DNA of 64,000 nt from Candidatus Bathyarchaeota archaeon (GCA_963769425.1 CAVYLP010000006.1:864001-928000), one strand, 5' to 3'; positions 18,549 to 29,705 are shown, counted from the stretch's first letter. Program-made: numbers and translations. Notes: generated by a model not told the origin, from the letters alone.

Positions 18549-19550
18549 ATGGTTAAAGTTGCGATAAATGGATTCGGTAGGACGGGCCGCCTCGCGCTCA
18601 GGGCGGCGCTTGAGAGGGGCTCCAAACTCGAGTTCGTCGCGGTTAATCGCGGCGACGCGAAGCTTCTGGGGCACCTGCTAAAGTACGACAGCGTCCACGG
18701 GAAGGCGCCCTTCCCCGTCGAGGTGGAGGGGGACACGATCGTGGCCGCTGGGAAGAGGATCAAGGTCCTTAATGAGTCGGACGCGGAGAAGCTGCCGTGG
18801 AGGGACATGGGCGTCTGGCTCGTTATAGACGCCTCGGATAAGTACAGGGACAGGGACGGCGCTGGCAAGCACATTAAGGCTGGGGCTAACAAGGTTTTAG
18901 TCGGCGCCCCGGGGAAGAAGCTCGACGCCACAATCGTTCTCGGCGTCAATGATGGTATATACGACCCCGCTAAGCACCACCTTGTCAGCAACGCGAGTTG
19001 TACCACGAATTGCGTTGCGCCTGTTGTCAAGGTACTCAACGACCGTTTCGGCCTTGAGTCCGCCATGGTCTCCACGATCCACGCCTATACTGGGAGCCAG
19101 ATGATCCTTGATCGTGCTGACAAGGACCTTCGCAGGGCTCGCGCCGCGGCTATGAGCATCATACCGACAACGACCGGTATGACCAGTGCAATCGGGGAGG
19201 TCCTCCCCGAGCTTAAGGGGAAGGTCGATGGCACGGCCTTCCGCGTCCCGACCCCCGACGTGAGCCTCATCGACGTCTCCGCCGTACTCAAGGCGAAGCC
19301 GAGCGCCGACGAGATCAACGCTGCTTTCAAGGAGGCTGCGGCCGGGAAGATGAAGGGCATACTCGGCTTCGACAACGAGCCCCTCGTCTCCGTCGACTAC
19401 GTCCACAACCCCTACAGCGCAATCGTCGACGGCACATCTACCATCTCGAACGGTAGCATGGTGAAGGTCGTCGCATGGTATGACAACGAGTACGGGTACA
19501 GCTGCAGGACGATCGAGTTGGCCGAGAAGATGGCCAGCTACGCTAAGTAG
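18549..19550 (+). CDS. gap: Class I glyceraldehyde-3-phosphate dehydrogenase
   Basis: INGFGRTGR, LLKYDSVHG, SNASCTTNC, WYDNEYGYS. Confidence 0.95.
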   Translation: MVKVAINGFGRTGRLALRAALERGSKLEFVAVNRGDAKLLGHLLKYDSVHGKAPFPVEVEGDTIVAAGKRIKVLNESDAEKLPWRDMGVWLVIDASDKYRDRDGAGKHIKAGANKVLVGAPGKKLDATIVLGVNDGIYDPAKHHLVSNASCTTNCVAPVVKVLNDRFGLESAMVSTIHAYTGSQMILDRADKDLRRARAAAMSIIPTTTGMTSAIGEVLPELKGKVDGTAFRVPTPDVSLIDVSAVLKAKPSADEINAAFKEAAAGKMKGILGFDNEPLVSVDYVHNPYSAIVDGTSTISNGSMVKVVAWYDNEYGYSCRTIELAEKMASYAK

Positions 19551-19556
19551 ACTCAT

Positions 19557-20639
19557 TTACCTGGTGACTCGGAGTTTCTTCATCTTCTCGAGGTTCTCGG
19601 GTTTCTTCTCGAAGTACGTCCTCACGGGTTCGAGGAGGTTCACCATCGCCTCCGCCGTGGCGGTCTTGAGGTCCATGGGGTGGAGCTTGCCCTCGGCGTA
19701 GGTCTTGGCGAGTTCCTCGTAGCTCCCGAATGAGATATCTCCTCCAAACTTGGCTGGGCGCTCTACATCCAGCTTCTCAAGCTGGGGGAAGACTATCATG
19801 CGGGCGTGCTCAAGTACTGGGTTTCCCTCCACCTGCTTGGGGGGGCAGAAGGCCTCCTTGTACTTCGCCCTGATGTCGGTTGGCTCGTCGTTCACCCAGA
19901 TGGCGCCCTTCGCGACGCTCTTCGACATCTTCGTCGAGATTGTCTTGTTGATCCCCTCGTCCTCGTCGAAGGCACCTTGGATCGTGGAGTCCTGTAGTCC
20001 GGGGAGGAGTGGGTTGTGTAGGCAGACTGGGGGTTTGTACCCGAGCTTCGGGGCTACCTCTCTGCAGAGCATGTGGACCTTCCTCTGGTCCATCCCTGCG
20101 CCCGCGGCATCGAGCCTCATCTGGAAGATGTCCGAGGTCTGGAGGGCGGGGTATAGTACCCAGCTCGATTCGACGTCCTCGGTGTCCGCGCTGCGCCCCA
20201 TTATAGGCATCGCCCTGAGCGCCCTCTTCATCGTCGTCGCCTTCATCACGCGGACGACTTTTTCCCAGTATTCTTTGTGGCTGACGATGTCCGAGGCCCA
20301 TAGGTACTCGACTTTTCCTTCGGGAAGGCCGAGAGCCGTGAAGCAGTCCTTGAAGTACTCGGCGCCAGCGCGGATGTTGTTGAGGTCGCCCCCGAGCTTG
20401 TTATTGATCCAGCCGTGCCACTCAGCGAGGTAGATTATGAAGTGGAACCCGGCGTCGACGTAGTCCTTCATCTTCTTCCCTACGATTAATCCGGTGCCTG
20501 CGTGCATCATGCCGCTTGGCTCGAAGCCGACGTATCCGCGGGGGTGGTCGTTTGTCTCAAGCAGCGTCCTGACCTCCGCAGGGGTGATTATCTCCTGGAG
20601 GTTCTGGGTGACTAGCCTGTATCGGGTCTCTGTGTCCAT
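19557..20639 (-). CDS. tyrS: Tyrosyl-tRNA synthetase (archaeal type)
   Basis: YVGFEPSG..HAG, YPALQTSDI, GMDQRK, KMSKS, LHPMDLK. Confidence 0.95.
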   Translation of the reverse strand: MDTETRYRLVTQNLQEIITPAEVRTLLETNDHPRGYVGFEPSGMMHAGTGLIVGKKMKDYVDAGFHFIIYLAEWHGWINNKLGGDLNNIRAGAEYFKDCFTALGLPEGKVEYLWASDIVSHKEYWEKVVRVMKATTMKRALRAMPIMGRSADTEDVESSWVLYPALQTSDIFQMRLDAAGAGMDQRKVHMLCREVAPKLGYKPPVCLHNPLLPGLQDSTIQGAFDEDEGINKTISTKMSKSVAKGAIWVNDEPTDIRAKYKEAFCPPKQVEGNPVLEHARMIVFPQLEKLDVERPAKFGGDISFGSYEELAKTYAEGKLHPMDLKTATAEAMVNLLEPVRTYFEKKPENLEKMKKLRVTR

Positions 20640-20748
20640 GTTCCTCGCCTTTGGAATCTCTCAGAGGCTCCGCTATTAAGGTTTGAGGGCAGTGGGCGCT
20701 GCCCCACCCGGTTAAAGAGATAAGCGGAGTGGGCGTACTACCTTTGAG

Positions 20749-22236
20749 TTGTCAAGGAAAGCCACCGAAAGGGGGAGGCTTGGAGTAGCCTCTCTTGTGT
20801 TTGCCCCAGCCTCGACTGTAGCGAAGGCTATCGCTCAGGGTAAGGTCACGTCCTTCGAGGTGACCAAGCAGATTCTAGGCAGAGTCGAGACCTATAACCC
20901 GAGGCTAAACGCCATAGTCACCCTCCGAGCTGAAGATGCTCTGACTGATGCTAAGGAGGCTGACGAAATCATCAAGAGAGGTGGCGCTCTCGGTCCACTC
21001 CACGGGGTACCCGTAACAATCAAGGATTGCTTCGAGATGAAGGGCGTGAGGACAACGGCTGGGTCGAAGGCCCTCACTGAGTATGTCCCTAATAGGGACG
21101 CGGCGGTGGTGGAGAGGATGAGGGCTGCAGGGGCTGTCATCCTCGGTCACACGAATGTCCCTGAACTAGCCGCTGACTGGCAAACCTACAACTCGGTCTT
21201 CGGGACTACCAACAACCCGTGGGACCCGACTCGGACACCCGGTGGCTCAACGGGCGGTGGCGCCGCTGCACTCGCAGCGGGGCTGACATTCCTCGAGGTG
21301 GGTAGCGACATCGGGGGCTCTATCAGGGTCCCCTCACACTTCTGTGGCGTATACGGGCACAAGCCGAGCCTAGGCGCCGTCTCCGCTAGGGGGCACATTC
21401 CGCCCCTCCCCGGGACGCCTCCAGGTGATCCGGCATTCAGCGTGGCCGGTCCGTTGGCGAGAAGTGCCTCAGATCTCAGGCTCGCTATGGAGGTTCTGGG
21501 CGGAGCAGATGGTGGGCTTGAGAAGGTTTTCACATGGAGGCTGGCGCACCCGAGGAGGCGTAGCCTTGGGGAATACCACTTGGGGTACGTGTTTGATGAT
21601 CCTCTTTGCCGGACCTCCTCAGATGTCTTGGAGCCCCTGGAGAATTTGGTGAAGGGGCTTAGGGGAGAGGGTGTCGACCTGACTGCTGGCTGGCCGAAGG
21701 GCATCGTTCCGAAGCAGCTCTTCGATGATTATCGCTACCTACGCTACGCTTCGGGTGCGGGAGGCCTCAGTAATGCACAGATCAGTGAGCGCCTCAAGGC
21801 CGAGGTATTTGACGATGGCTCCGACGAATATGCAGCGGCACACGCCTACGCGTCGACTGTTAAGGAGTTCCAGGATGTGATGGCAAGTAGGGCACATGCG
21901 CAGTACGCTTGGAATGACTACTTTAGGGGCTTGGATGCATTCCTCGTCCCCGTCGCCTTCGTCCCCGCCTTCCCCCACGACCATGGGATGCCGCTAAAGA
22001 GCAGGGTCCTCCAGACATCCGAAGGGGCTAGGAAGTACCAGGAGTTGCGTTTCTGGATATCCTTCGCTACTTTATGCGGTTTGCCCGCCACTGTGGCCCC
22101 AGTTGGTCAAACGAGAAGTGGTTTACCCGTTGGGGTTCAGATAATCGGCCCATTCATGGAGGATGCTACGACGATCGATTTAGCGGAGAAGATTGAGCAA
22201 GTCGTAGGTGGATTTAGATCACCGCCCGGCTTCTAG
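20749..22236 (+). CDS. Amidase signature family protein
   Basis: LHGVPVTIKD, GGSTGG, GSDIGGSIRVP. Confidence 0.92.
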   Translation: MSRKATERGRLGVASLVFAPASTVAKAIAQGKVTSFEVTKQILGRVETYNPRLNAIVTLRAEDALTDAKEADEIIKRGGALGPLHGVPVTIKDCFEMKGVRTTAGSKALTEYVPNRDAAVVERMRAAGAVILGHTNVPELAADWQTYNSVFGTTNNPWDPTRTPGGSTGGGAAALAAGLTFLEVGSDIGGSIRVPSHFCGVYGHKPSLGAVSARGHIPPLPGTPPGDPAFSVAGPLARSASDLRLAMEVLGGADGGLEKVFTWRLAHPRRRSLGEYHLGYVFDDPLCRTSSDVLEPLENLVKGLRGEGVDLTAGWPKGIVPKQLFDDYRYLRYASGAGGLSNAQISERLKAEVFDDGSDEYAAAHAYASTVKEFQDVMASRAHAQYAWNDYFRGLDAFLVPVAFVPAFPHDHGMPLKSRVLQTSEGARKYQELRFWISFATLCGLPATVAPVGQTRSGLPVGVQIIGPFMEDATTIDLAEKIEQVVGGFRSPPGF

Positions 22237-22252
22237 AAATTCATGGGGCGAT

Positions 22253-22456
22253 GACTGTGGGCTGGGCGTCCCTGTGCCTCGCGACAAACACACAGCATCA
22301 CAGTATGGAGCCAACGCTCCACTCAGCTGAGCTCTCTCAAATCGCGAGGAGTCCGACGCCCATGCCCTGCCCGCCTGTTCCATGACTGGGTAACCCCATC
22401 TTCACTGGTGACCCTCCGCGGAGTCCGTCTGCATGGCGCGTCGTCTTGGCGGGCAT
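22253..22456 (-). ncRNA. Candidate two-hairpin H/ACA-like guide RNA
   Basis: Two stem-loops, each followed by ACA (22376-22378 and 22256-22258); CUGA..GUGAUG K-turn-like motif; TATA-like GATATAA at 22478-22484 upstream. Confidence 0.45.
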
Positions 22457-22514
22457 CCACTACTCGGGGTAGGCGGCTTATATCTTTACAGGAGGACGCT
22501 AGACCGCTCGATGA

Positions 22515-23147
22515 TTGGACCCACAGTCAAGTGACTCCAGTCAAGAACCGTTTTCAACCCAGAAAACCGCCTTAAATCAGGTGAAATCGGTGAAACCAGG
22601 CAGAGAGGAGCTCGAGGAGGTAGTCTTCCAGGCGCTCGCGTCGACTGAGAGGCGGGAGATAATCAGTGTGATACGCTCCCACGAGGGCGGCGCCACATAC
22701 AGCGAGATACTCGGGGAGCTCGGCCTGACCACCGGGAACCTAAACTATCACCTCAAGCAACTTGAGGGGCTTATCGGGAAGGATGAGGAGAGGCGGTACA
22801 GGCTCACTCCTCTCGGCGAGAGGGCCATGGCTGTCCTGCTGGGCGTCGACGTCCCCGAAAACTTGGGGGACTACGTCTCCGCGGCGAGGGTCTCCCAGTC
22901 TCTGAGCGTCCACCCGTTCGTGTCGAGGCTGCTGTTGATGGCCGCAGCCTTCGACTGCTTCTTTCTATTTATCTGGGGTTACCTAGCCTACATCGCGGCC
23001 ACCGAGGGGGCGCCCCTGTTCGTCTTCGCCGTCATCGCCTTCCTGTTGATAGCGGGCGTGGTAGCGCTCTTTGGGATCGTAAGGGCTTTCAGAACCGCAC
23101 CCGAGTACGTGAGGCGGCTTGAGCGTAGGCTCGGCCTAACCCGCTAG
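22515..23147 (+). CDS. ArsR-like winged-helix protein with two C-terminal TM helices (start uncertain)
   Basis: FQALASTERREII..TYSEIL..TGNLNYHLKQL..YRLTPLG, then hydrophobic segments. Confidence 0.8.
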   Translation: MDPQSSDSSQEPFSTQKTALNQVKSVKPGREELEEVVFQALASTERREIISVIRSHEGGATYSEILGELGLTTGNLNYHLKQLEGLIGKDEERRYRLTPLGERAMAVLLGVDVPENLGDYVSAARVSQSLSVHPFVSRLLLMAAAFDCFFLFIWGYLAYIAATEGAPLFVFAVIAFLLIAGVVALFGIVRAFRTAPEYVRRLERRLGLTR

Positions 23148-23274
23148 ACTGAGGGTGATTTCCCACCCCGATTTACTGTTAAAAACGCGGAAAATCGGAT
23201 TTTCCTAGTTAAACGTCGAATATCCTAGATGGTTTAGGGAACGTTTTTAATATGAAAAAAGGGTTTTTCACATC

Positions 23275-25806
23275 ATGTCTGAAAAGATCCCCTCCCCCGA
23301 GGAGTTCTTCGGTCACCAGATGGGGGCGGACCGAAAGCTGGCCCGCTGGGACCGCGTAGTCGAATACTTCAACGTCTTGGGGAAGTCGCCTTGCGTGAAG
23401 GTGACGGAGCTCGGCAAGTCAACAGAGGGCAACCCGTTCATCCTCGCCGTCATCACGAGCCCGGAGAACATGAAGAAGCTGGACAGGATCAGGGAGTCGA
23501 GCTGGAGGATCGCCCACCCGAGGGGTGTCCCCGATGAGGAGATAGCAGGTATAATTACCGAGGGGAAGGCTGTCGTCGCGATGACTATGAGCATACACGC
23601 CACCGAGGTCGGCGGGACACAGATGGCCCCAGAGCTCGCCTACGAGGTCGCGACTAGCCCCGCCTTCGAGGAGGTCCGCCGGAACGTCGTCCTCCTCCTC
23701 ATCCCCTGCTTCAACCCCGACGGCCAGATCATGGTCACGGACTGGTACAACAAGTACCTCGGCACCGAGTACGAGGGGGGCGGCCCCCCGTGGCTCTACC
23801 ACAAGTACACGGGGCACGACAACAACCGCGACGCTATCAACCTCAGCATGGTTGAGAGCCAGATGGTGGCGAGGATCCTCTACGGGGAGTGGCATCCACA
23901 AGCGTACATCGACTACCATCACATGGGGAGCTATGGGGCGCGGTTCTACATTCCACCCTTCAGCAACCCCCTAGATGACCAAGTTGATCCCCTCGTCTGG
24001 ACTGAGCAGGAGCTCTACGGGGGGCTTATGCACGTCATGCTGGAGGCCGCGGGGAAGACGGGCGTCGAGTCCGCGGCAACATACCCGGGGGAGTTCATGC
24101 CTACGTTCAACTACGTCCCCTGCTGGCACAACATCTGCGGAATGCTCACTGAGTCCGCCAGCGCGGGGATAGCGACCCCGATATGGGTCCACTACCACCA
24201 GCTCAAGCCGAGCAGTCGAGGCCGCCCCGAGTACAGGACCCAGATGGGTTTCCCCCACCCATGGCCTGGGGGGGTGTGGAGGCTCCGCGATGTGGTCGAG
24301 CAGCAGAAGATAAGCGCCCTCGCAACTCTGATGGCCGCTGCTCGGTTCAGGGAGACCTTGCTCAGGAATATGCACCTGAAGGCAACCCACGCTTTGGAAA
24401 AGGGGCTCAGTGAGGCGCCCTATGCCTTCGTAATGAAGGTAGAACAACACGATGAGCTAACAACATACAAGCTTCTCAAGACCCTGATGGATATGGGGGT
24501 GGAGGTACAGAGGAGCCAGAAGGAGTTCACCGCCGGCGGAGTCACTTACCCCCGCGGCACACACGTCGTCTTCACGTCTCAACCCTGCAGGCCCTATATA
24601 ATCAGCCTACTGAAGAGGACGTACTACCACGTGGGCCCGTGGAGTAGGAAGCCCGACGGGACACCCCTCACCCCATACGACCTCGCAACCTACACGATAC
24701 CCGAGTTCATGGGGGTGAGGCTACACGAGGTGGAGAAGCCCTTCGAAGGCTCCTTCGAGGCGGTGCCGAGCCTCAGGTTTCCAAGGGGCGACGTCGCCAC
24801 GCCCGCCCCGAACGGCTGGTTGCTCGACACCCGCATCAACGACGGCTACGCCGCGGTGAACAGGCTTCTCAGGCGCGGCGTCGAGGTGAGGAGGCTAACC
24901 GCACCCCTGAAGGTGGGGGAGAGCACCCACCAGCCGGGGACATGGCACATCGTCGGTGAGGGTGCCCGAGATGAGTTGGAGAAGATTTCGAAGCGCTACC
25001 ACCTCGTCTTCGAGGCTGCACCGGAGGGCGAGTTGAAGGAGACGCCCGCTCGCCAGCTCAGGATAGGAATCTACCAGCGCTACTACGGTGGGAACACCGA
25101 CGAGGGCTGGACCCGATGGCTCCTCGAACAGTACAGGTTCCCCTACAAGACGGTGATGGACAAGGACATCAAGAAGGGGAGGCTCGCGGACAAGTTCGAC
25201 GTGATAATCCTCCCCTCAGACCACAAGAGTATGATAACCGGTGAGGGGATCGAGGACTACTACGAGAAGAGGTGGCAGGGCACAATGACGATGCCTAAGT
25301 ACCCACCTGAATACAGGAGCGGCATCGGGAAGGAGGGGGTCGAGAAGCTGAAGGGCTTCTCCGAGGCCGGCGGCACCATCCTCTGCCTCGGGGAGTCGAG
25401 CGACTTCGCCATAGAGGAGATGAAGGTCCCCGTGAAGAACGTTCTCACGGACGTGAAGCCCACGGAGTTCGTCTGCCCCGGCTCCACGCTCCACGTAAAC
25501 GTGGACTCGGCCAACCCACTCGCGTGGGGGGTTCAGGAGGACCTGCTCGTCATCTTCCGCAGCCACGGCGCCTTCGAGGTGAAGCCCGGGAGCAGGAACG
25601 ACGACTACGGTGTCGTCCTCAGCTACCCCGAGGATCACATAATGGAGAGCGGCTGGCTGCAGGGGGAGGAGAGGCTATCGCGGAAGGCCGCCATGGTGGA
25701 GGCGAGGACGGGGAGGGGGCGGGTCATCCTCTACGGCTTCGCACCACAGTACAGGGCGCAGAGCGATGCTGCATTCAAGCTATTCTTTAACCCGCTTGTC
25801 GGCTGA
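23275..25806 (+). CDS. M14-family zinc carboxypeptidase
   Basis: SIHATE, FNPDG, DNNRD, DYHHMG; C-terminal glutamine-amidotransferase-like domain. Confidence 0.88.
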   Translation: MSEKIPSPEEFFGHQMGADRKLARWDRVVEYFNVLGKSPCVKVTELGKSTEGNPFILAVITSPENMKKLDRIRESSWRIAHPRGVPDEEIAGIITEGKAVVAMTMSIHATEVGGTQMAPELAYEVATSPAFEEVRRNVVLLLIPCFNPDGQIMVTDWYNKYLGTEYEGGGPPWLYHKYTGHDNNRDAINLSMVESQMVARILYGEWHPQAYIDYHHMGSYGARFYIPPFSNPLDDQVDPLVWTEQELYGGLMHVMLEAAGKTGVESAATYPGEFMPTFNYVPCWHNICGMLTESASAGIATPIWVHYHQLKPSSRGRPEYRTQMGFPHPWPGGVWRLRDVVEQQKISALATLMAAARFRETLLRNMHLKATHALEKGLSEAPYAFVMKVEQHDELTTYKLLKTLMDMGVEVQRSQKEFTAGGVTYPRGTHVVFTSQPCRPYIISLLKRTYYHVGPWSRKPDGTPLTPYDLATYTIPEFMGVRLHEVEKPFEGSFEAVPSLRFPRGDVATPAPNGWLLDTRINDGYAAVNRLLRRGVEVRRLTAPLKVGESTHQPGTWHIVGEGARDELEKISKRYHLVFEAAPEGELKETPARQLRIGIYQRYYGGNTDEGWTRWLLEQYRFPYKTVMDKDIKKGRLADKFDVIILPSDHKSMITGEGIEDYYEKRWQGTMTMPKYPPEYRSGIGKEGVEKLKGFSEAGGTILCLGESSDFAIEEMKVPVKNVLTDVKPTEFVCPGSTLHVNVDSANPLAWGVQEDLLVIFRSHGAFEVKPGSRNDDYGVVLSYPEDHIMESGWLQGEERLSRKAAMVEARTGRGRVILYGFAPQYRAQSDAAFKLFFNPLVG

Positions 25807-25920
25807 TGTCGGCTGCCCCCTATATACCATCCATACATTTTCTCCAACCATCATTACTTTGACTTACATCGAAGACGTTATATGGGAAAACCTGCTCTGC
25901 TTCAAGGATAAGTGGTTAAT

Positions 25921-27092
25921 ATGGACGTAAACAAATTCGCGAAGAAGGAGCTGCTAGCGATGGCAGCTGGTTCCTCGACCCGTGTGAATGTGGCCCCCGA
26001 CCCCAAGCTCATCAACCTTGGCGCGGGTGACCCCGACTTCAACCAGCCCAACATCATCAACAAGGCTGTATATCAGGCGATGAAGGAGGGTCACACCCAC
26101 TACGAGTTCACGGGCGTCCCCCAGTTCAAGAAGGCGATCGCCAACTACTACGGCAAGTACGGCGTGAAGATCGACCCCGAGACCCAGCTCTGCATCGAGT
26201 CAGGCGGTAGTCAGGCTATCTTCCGCGCTTTCGGTGCACTCCTTAACCCCGGTGACGAGATCATACTCCTCGACCCCGCCTACCAGGGATACTTCTCACC
26301 TGCCTCCTACTTCGGCGCCAAGATGGTTCGCGCGCCTATGAAGAAGGACAAGAAGGGCATCTTCAGGCCCAGACGTCGAACGCGATCGCTAAGGCTTGCA
26401 CGCCCAAGACGAAGGCGGTCATGATCTGCAGCCCCGACAACCCGACGGGCGCGGTCTACACCGAGAAGGAGCTCAAGGCCCTAGCCGAGGTCTGCGTGCA
26501 GAAGGACATCATCTGCATCAGCGACGAGATCTACACCGAGTTCATCTGGGGCAGAAAGCCCTTCATCCCGACGATGAAGATCCCCGGCATGGAGGACAGG
26601 ACCCTCGCCCTAATGAGCTTCAGCAAGACCTTCGCGTGGACCGGGTGCCGCGCCGGCTACATCATCTCGAGCCCAGAGCTCATGAAGATAGTGGATGCCG
26701 TACCAATCGGCATCATCGGCATGCCAGTCCCATTCCAGTACGCGGGCGCGGTCGCCCTCGAGAAGGGCTGGGGCTTCGTCAAGAAGATGAGGAAGGAGTA
26801 CAAGAAGAGGATCGACTTCAGCGTCAAGAGGCTGAACGAGATCAAGGGCATCACATGCCCGATGCCTGAGGGCACCTTCTACGTCTTCCCAGACATCAGC
26901 GCAGTCGGCATGCCCGCGGCCAAGTTCGGCCAGGAGCTGCTGCTACAGGAGAAGCTCCGCGGTGCACCCGGTACGGGCTACGGCCAGGCCGCCGAGGGAC
27001 ACATCAGGTTCGCCCTCGTCGACAACATGGAGCGCCTCGAGGACGCCTGGAACAGGGTCGAGCACTTCGTAAAGAAGAACGGGAAGAAGTAA
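25921..27092 (+). pseudogene. Class I/II PLP aminotransferase, frameshifted at about 26371-26381 (possibly a sequencing error)
   Basis: NLGAGDPDF in the first ORF; SPDNPTG, SDEIY, SFSKTFAWTGCRAG in the second; removing two single bases restores FRPDVEAIAKACTPKTK. Confidence 0.85.
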
Positions 27093-27188
27093 ACTTCCCA
27101 ACTAATTTTTTTAAAGAATTGACGAGGTAAGGCTCCTATATTTGTACGACCCCTAAATGATAGTCAATAGCCGTAGGGGAGACGTAAA

Positions 27189-27923
27189 TTGGATTTTATT
27201 ATTCTCTTGCTCGTCGAGTGCATAGTCTTCCTCGCCGCACTCGTCGGCGGGTTGACGGGCTTTGGCTTCGCCCTTGTCCTCGCCCCCAACCTCATGCTTC
27301 TCCTCTCACCGAAGACGGCCATCCCCGTCGTCACGCTTCTGAGCGTTGTTCTCAACTCCATTTTATTCTACGAGGCGAGAGAGTGGGCGAGTCCACGCGA
27401 GATACGCCCCCTCCTCGTCTCGGGGCTCCTCGGTATGCTATGTGGTGCTCTCCTGCTCATCTACCTGAATGTCCCCCTCCTCAAGCTGTTAACCGGCGCC
27501 GTCATCATCCCCTTCGCGATCGCCCTTTTACTCGATGTAAAGATCGAGCTAAACTCCCGGCTCCTTCAGGTCCCAGTTGGGCTGCTCAGCGGCTTCCTCG
27601 GCGGCTCCACCTCGATGAGCGGGCCGCCTGTCGTCCTATTCTTCCAGAACAGGGGCTTCGAGAAGCGGGTCTTCAGGGCGAACCTCATCGTCTACTTCTT
27701 CCTCATCTATCCCCTCACCCTGCCCACGTACTACCTCGGGGGACTCTTGACTGGTGAAGTCTTCTCCACCGCGTTGCTCGCGGCGCCCGCCATGGTCGCC
27801 GGCGCCCTGCTGGGTGCAAGGCACGTGCACAGGGTGAATGAGGGGCTGTTCCGCAGGATCACCCTGCTTCTCGTCATAGCTTCGGGGGTCTTCTCTATCG
27901 TGACGGGGCTGGGCCTCTTCTAA
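27189..27923 (+). CDS. TauE/SafE-family (sulfite exporter) membrane protein
   Basis: GLTGFGFAL, GSTSMSGPPVV; about 8 TM segments. Confidence 0.88.
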   Translation: MDFIILLLVECIVFLAALVGGLTGFGFALVLAPNLMLLLSPKTAIPVVTLLSVVLNSILFYEAREWASPREIRPLLVSGLLGMLCGALLLIYLNVPLLKLLTGAVIIPFAIALLLDVKIELNSRLLQVPVGLLSGFLGGSTSMSGPPVVLFFQNRGFEKRVFRANLIVYFFLIYPLTLPTYYLGGLLTGEVFSTALLAAPAMVAGALLGARHVHRVNEGLFRRITLLLVIASGVFSIVTGLGLF

Positions 27924-27996
27924 TGGCTCGGCTTGTACTCCGCTTAAAATAGCACAATATAAAACCACAGAAAACCTACCCAAAAACGGATAGACG

Positions 27997-28245
27997 ATGA
28001 ACCCAAATCCCCCTAGGCCAGCTTACCAGATTGCCCTACTCTTCTTAATCGCACTTGAGGTACTTGCATTCGAGCTACGGAACTATGCCCTCTTAATTGG
28101 AGTCCTAGTAGTAATCGTCATTGTGGCAATCTACTGGTTCAGATATACCAGGGCTCACTCACTCAAGACAAAGTACAGCCCCAAGAACGCTACACCGAAG
28201 GAAGACTGGAAGGGGAAGACCGACAAGGACAACAACCCCCTCTGA
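27997..28245 (+). CDS. Small membrane protein
   Basis: 82 aa with two hydrophobic segments. Confidence 0.6.
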   Translation: MNPNPPRPAYQIALLFLIALEVLAFELRNYALLIGVLVVIVIVAIYWFRYTRAHSLKTKYSPKNATPKEDWKGKTDKDNNPL

Positions 28246-28255
28246 GCCCTAGAGG

Positions 28256-29705
28256 CTAGTCCTTGCCCCTGTTCTTCTCAGCGTATGCCTTCGCCATCTC
28301 AAGCGGGGGCTGGATCTCTGCTGGGATGGGTGAGATGTACTTCCTCCCCGCTAGGCGTTTGGTGTGCTCCTCCTTCGCCGCCGCGACTATCTCAGGCTTC
28401 ATCAGAAGGTCGAGCACTGTTCCCGCCGTGACCTTGCTGCTGAAGATGAGGCTCTTGTGGCCAAGACCCATCGCCCCGCAGGCGACCCATTGCCAACTGT
28501 GGGCCGGGCTACCAATCGGATAAGTGGCTGTATTATACTCCACGGCGGGCACGACCCAGCTAACATCCCCAACGTCGGTGGAGCCCGCGCTGCAGTAGTC
28601 CTCACCGAATGGGTCGAGTACATCGTCCGCCATCTCCATGTCGGCATACCTTTCCCACGCCGGAACCTTCTGCCTCTTCATATCGTCGATCTTGACCTGT
28701 CTGTCGAGGCCGGTGTTGATCTTCTTAGCGAACTCGAGCTCCTCAGTCGTGTGCTGTGGGGCACCTATTTCCTTCATGTTAGCCGTGATCGTCTCAGCTA
28801 CCGTCTTGTTGGGGATGAGGTTGTAGAGCCCCATGATGAACTCGACCTTGAGGGTCGTCTCTGTCATCATCGCGGCTCCTTCGGCGATCTTTATTATCCG
28901 TTTGTAGATCGAGTCGAGCTGGTCCCTCTGTGGGGCGCGGATATAATACCAGCTACGGGCGTAGTCGGGGACAACGTTAGGTTGCCCTCCACCGACCTCT
29001 ATGACGTAGTGGAAACGAGCCTCCTGGATGACGTGCTCTCTGAGGTAGTTGACGCCGACGTTCATCAGCTCAATGGCGTCGAGTGCACTCCGCCCCTGCT
29101 CGGGTGAGCCCGCAGCGTGGCTGGTCTTGCCGTAGTAGTGGAACTTTACACCGTTGACGGCTGTGCTGCTTCCAATTGTCGCGGCGTTGATTGAGTCGGG
29201 GTGATGGCTGATGACGGCGTCGACTCCGTCGAATAGGCCGGCGCGCACCATGTAGACTTTGCCGACGAAGTTCTCCTCCGCAGGTGTCCCGAAGAACTTG
29301 ATAGTCCCCTTGGCATTCGCCTTCTCCATAGCGTAGCGTGCAGCAATGGCTCCAGCGACTCCGCTTGTACCATGTATATGATGGCCGCAGCCGTGCCCAG
29401 GGGCACCCTCCTTCAGTGGTATCTTCTCTGGGTACGACTTTATTGCTGATTCCGGGGAGTGCGTCGAACTCGCCCATGATGCCGATGACCGGTTTACCGC
29501 TCCCCCAGGTGGCGACGAAGGCGGTGGGCATACCCGCCACCCCTGCCTCGACCTTGAAGCCGTGTTTCTTCAACTCGTCCTGGAGAAGCTTCGAACTCTT
29601 CGTCTCAGTGAGCCCTAGCTCCGCGTAGCCCCAGATGGTGTCCGCAACTTCTACGATCCTATTTTGATTCTGGTCTATCCAGCCCCAAGCAGTCTCCTTG
29701 ACCAT
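28256..29705 (-). pseudogene. M20 amidohydrolase (AbgB-like), frameshift at about 29429 (possibly a sequencing error)
   Basis: GEFDALPG in the 5' ORF; GTPAEE, GKTSHAA, GGQPNVVP, GSTDVGDVSW in the 3' ORF; one extra base joins them. Confidence 0.85.

Noticed and set aside
26371-26381. Programmed ribosomal frameshifting in the split genes
   Set aside because: No shared slippery heptamer or stimulatory structure; isolated indels fit sequencing error better
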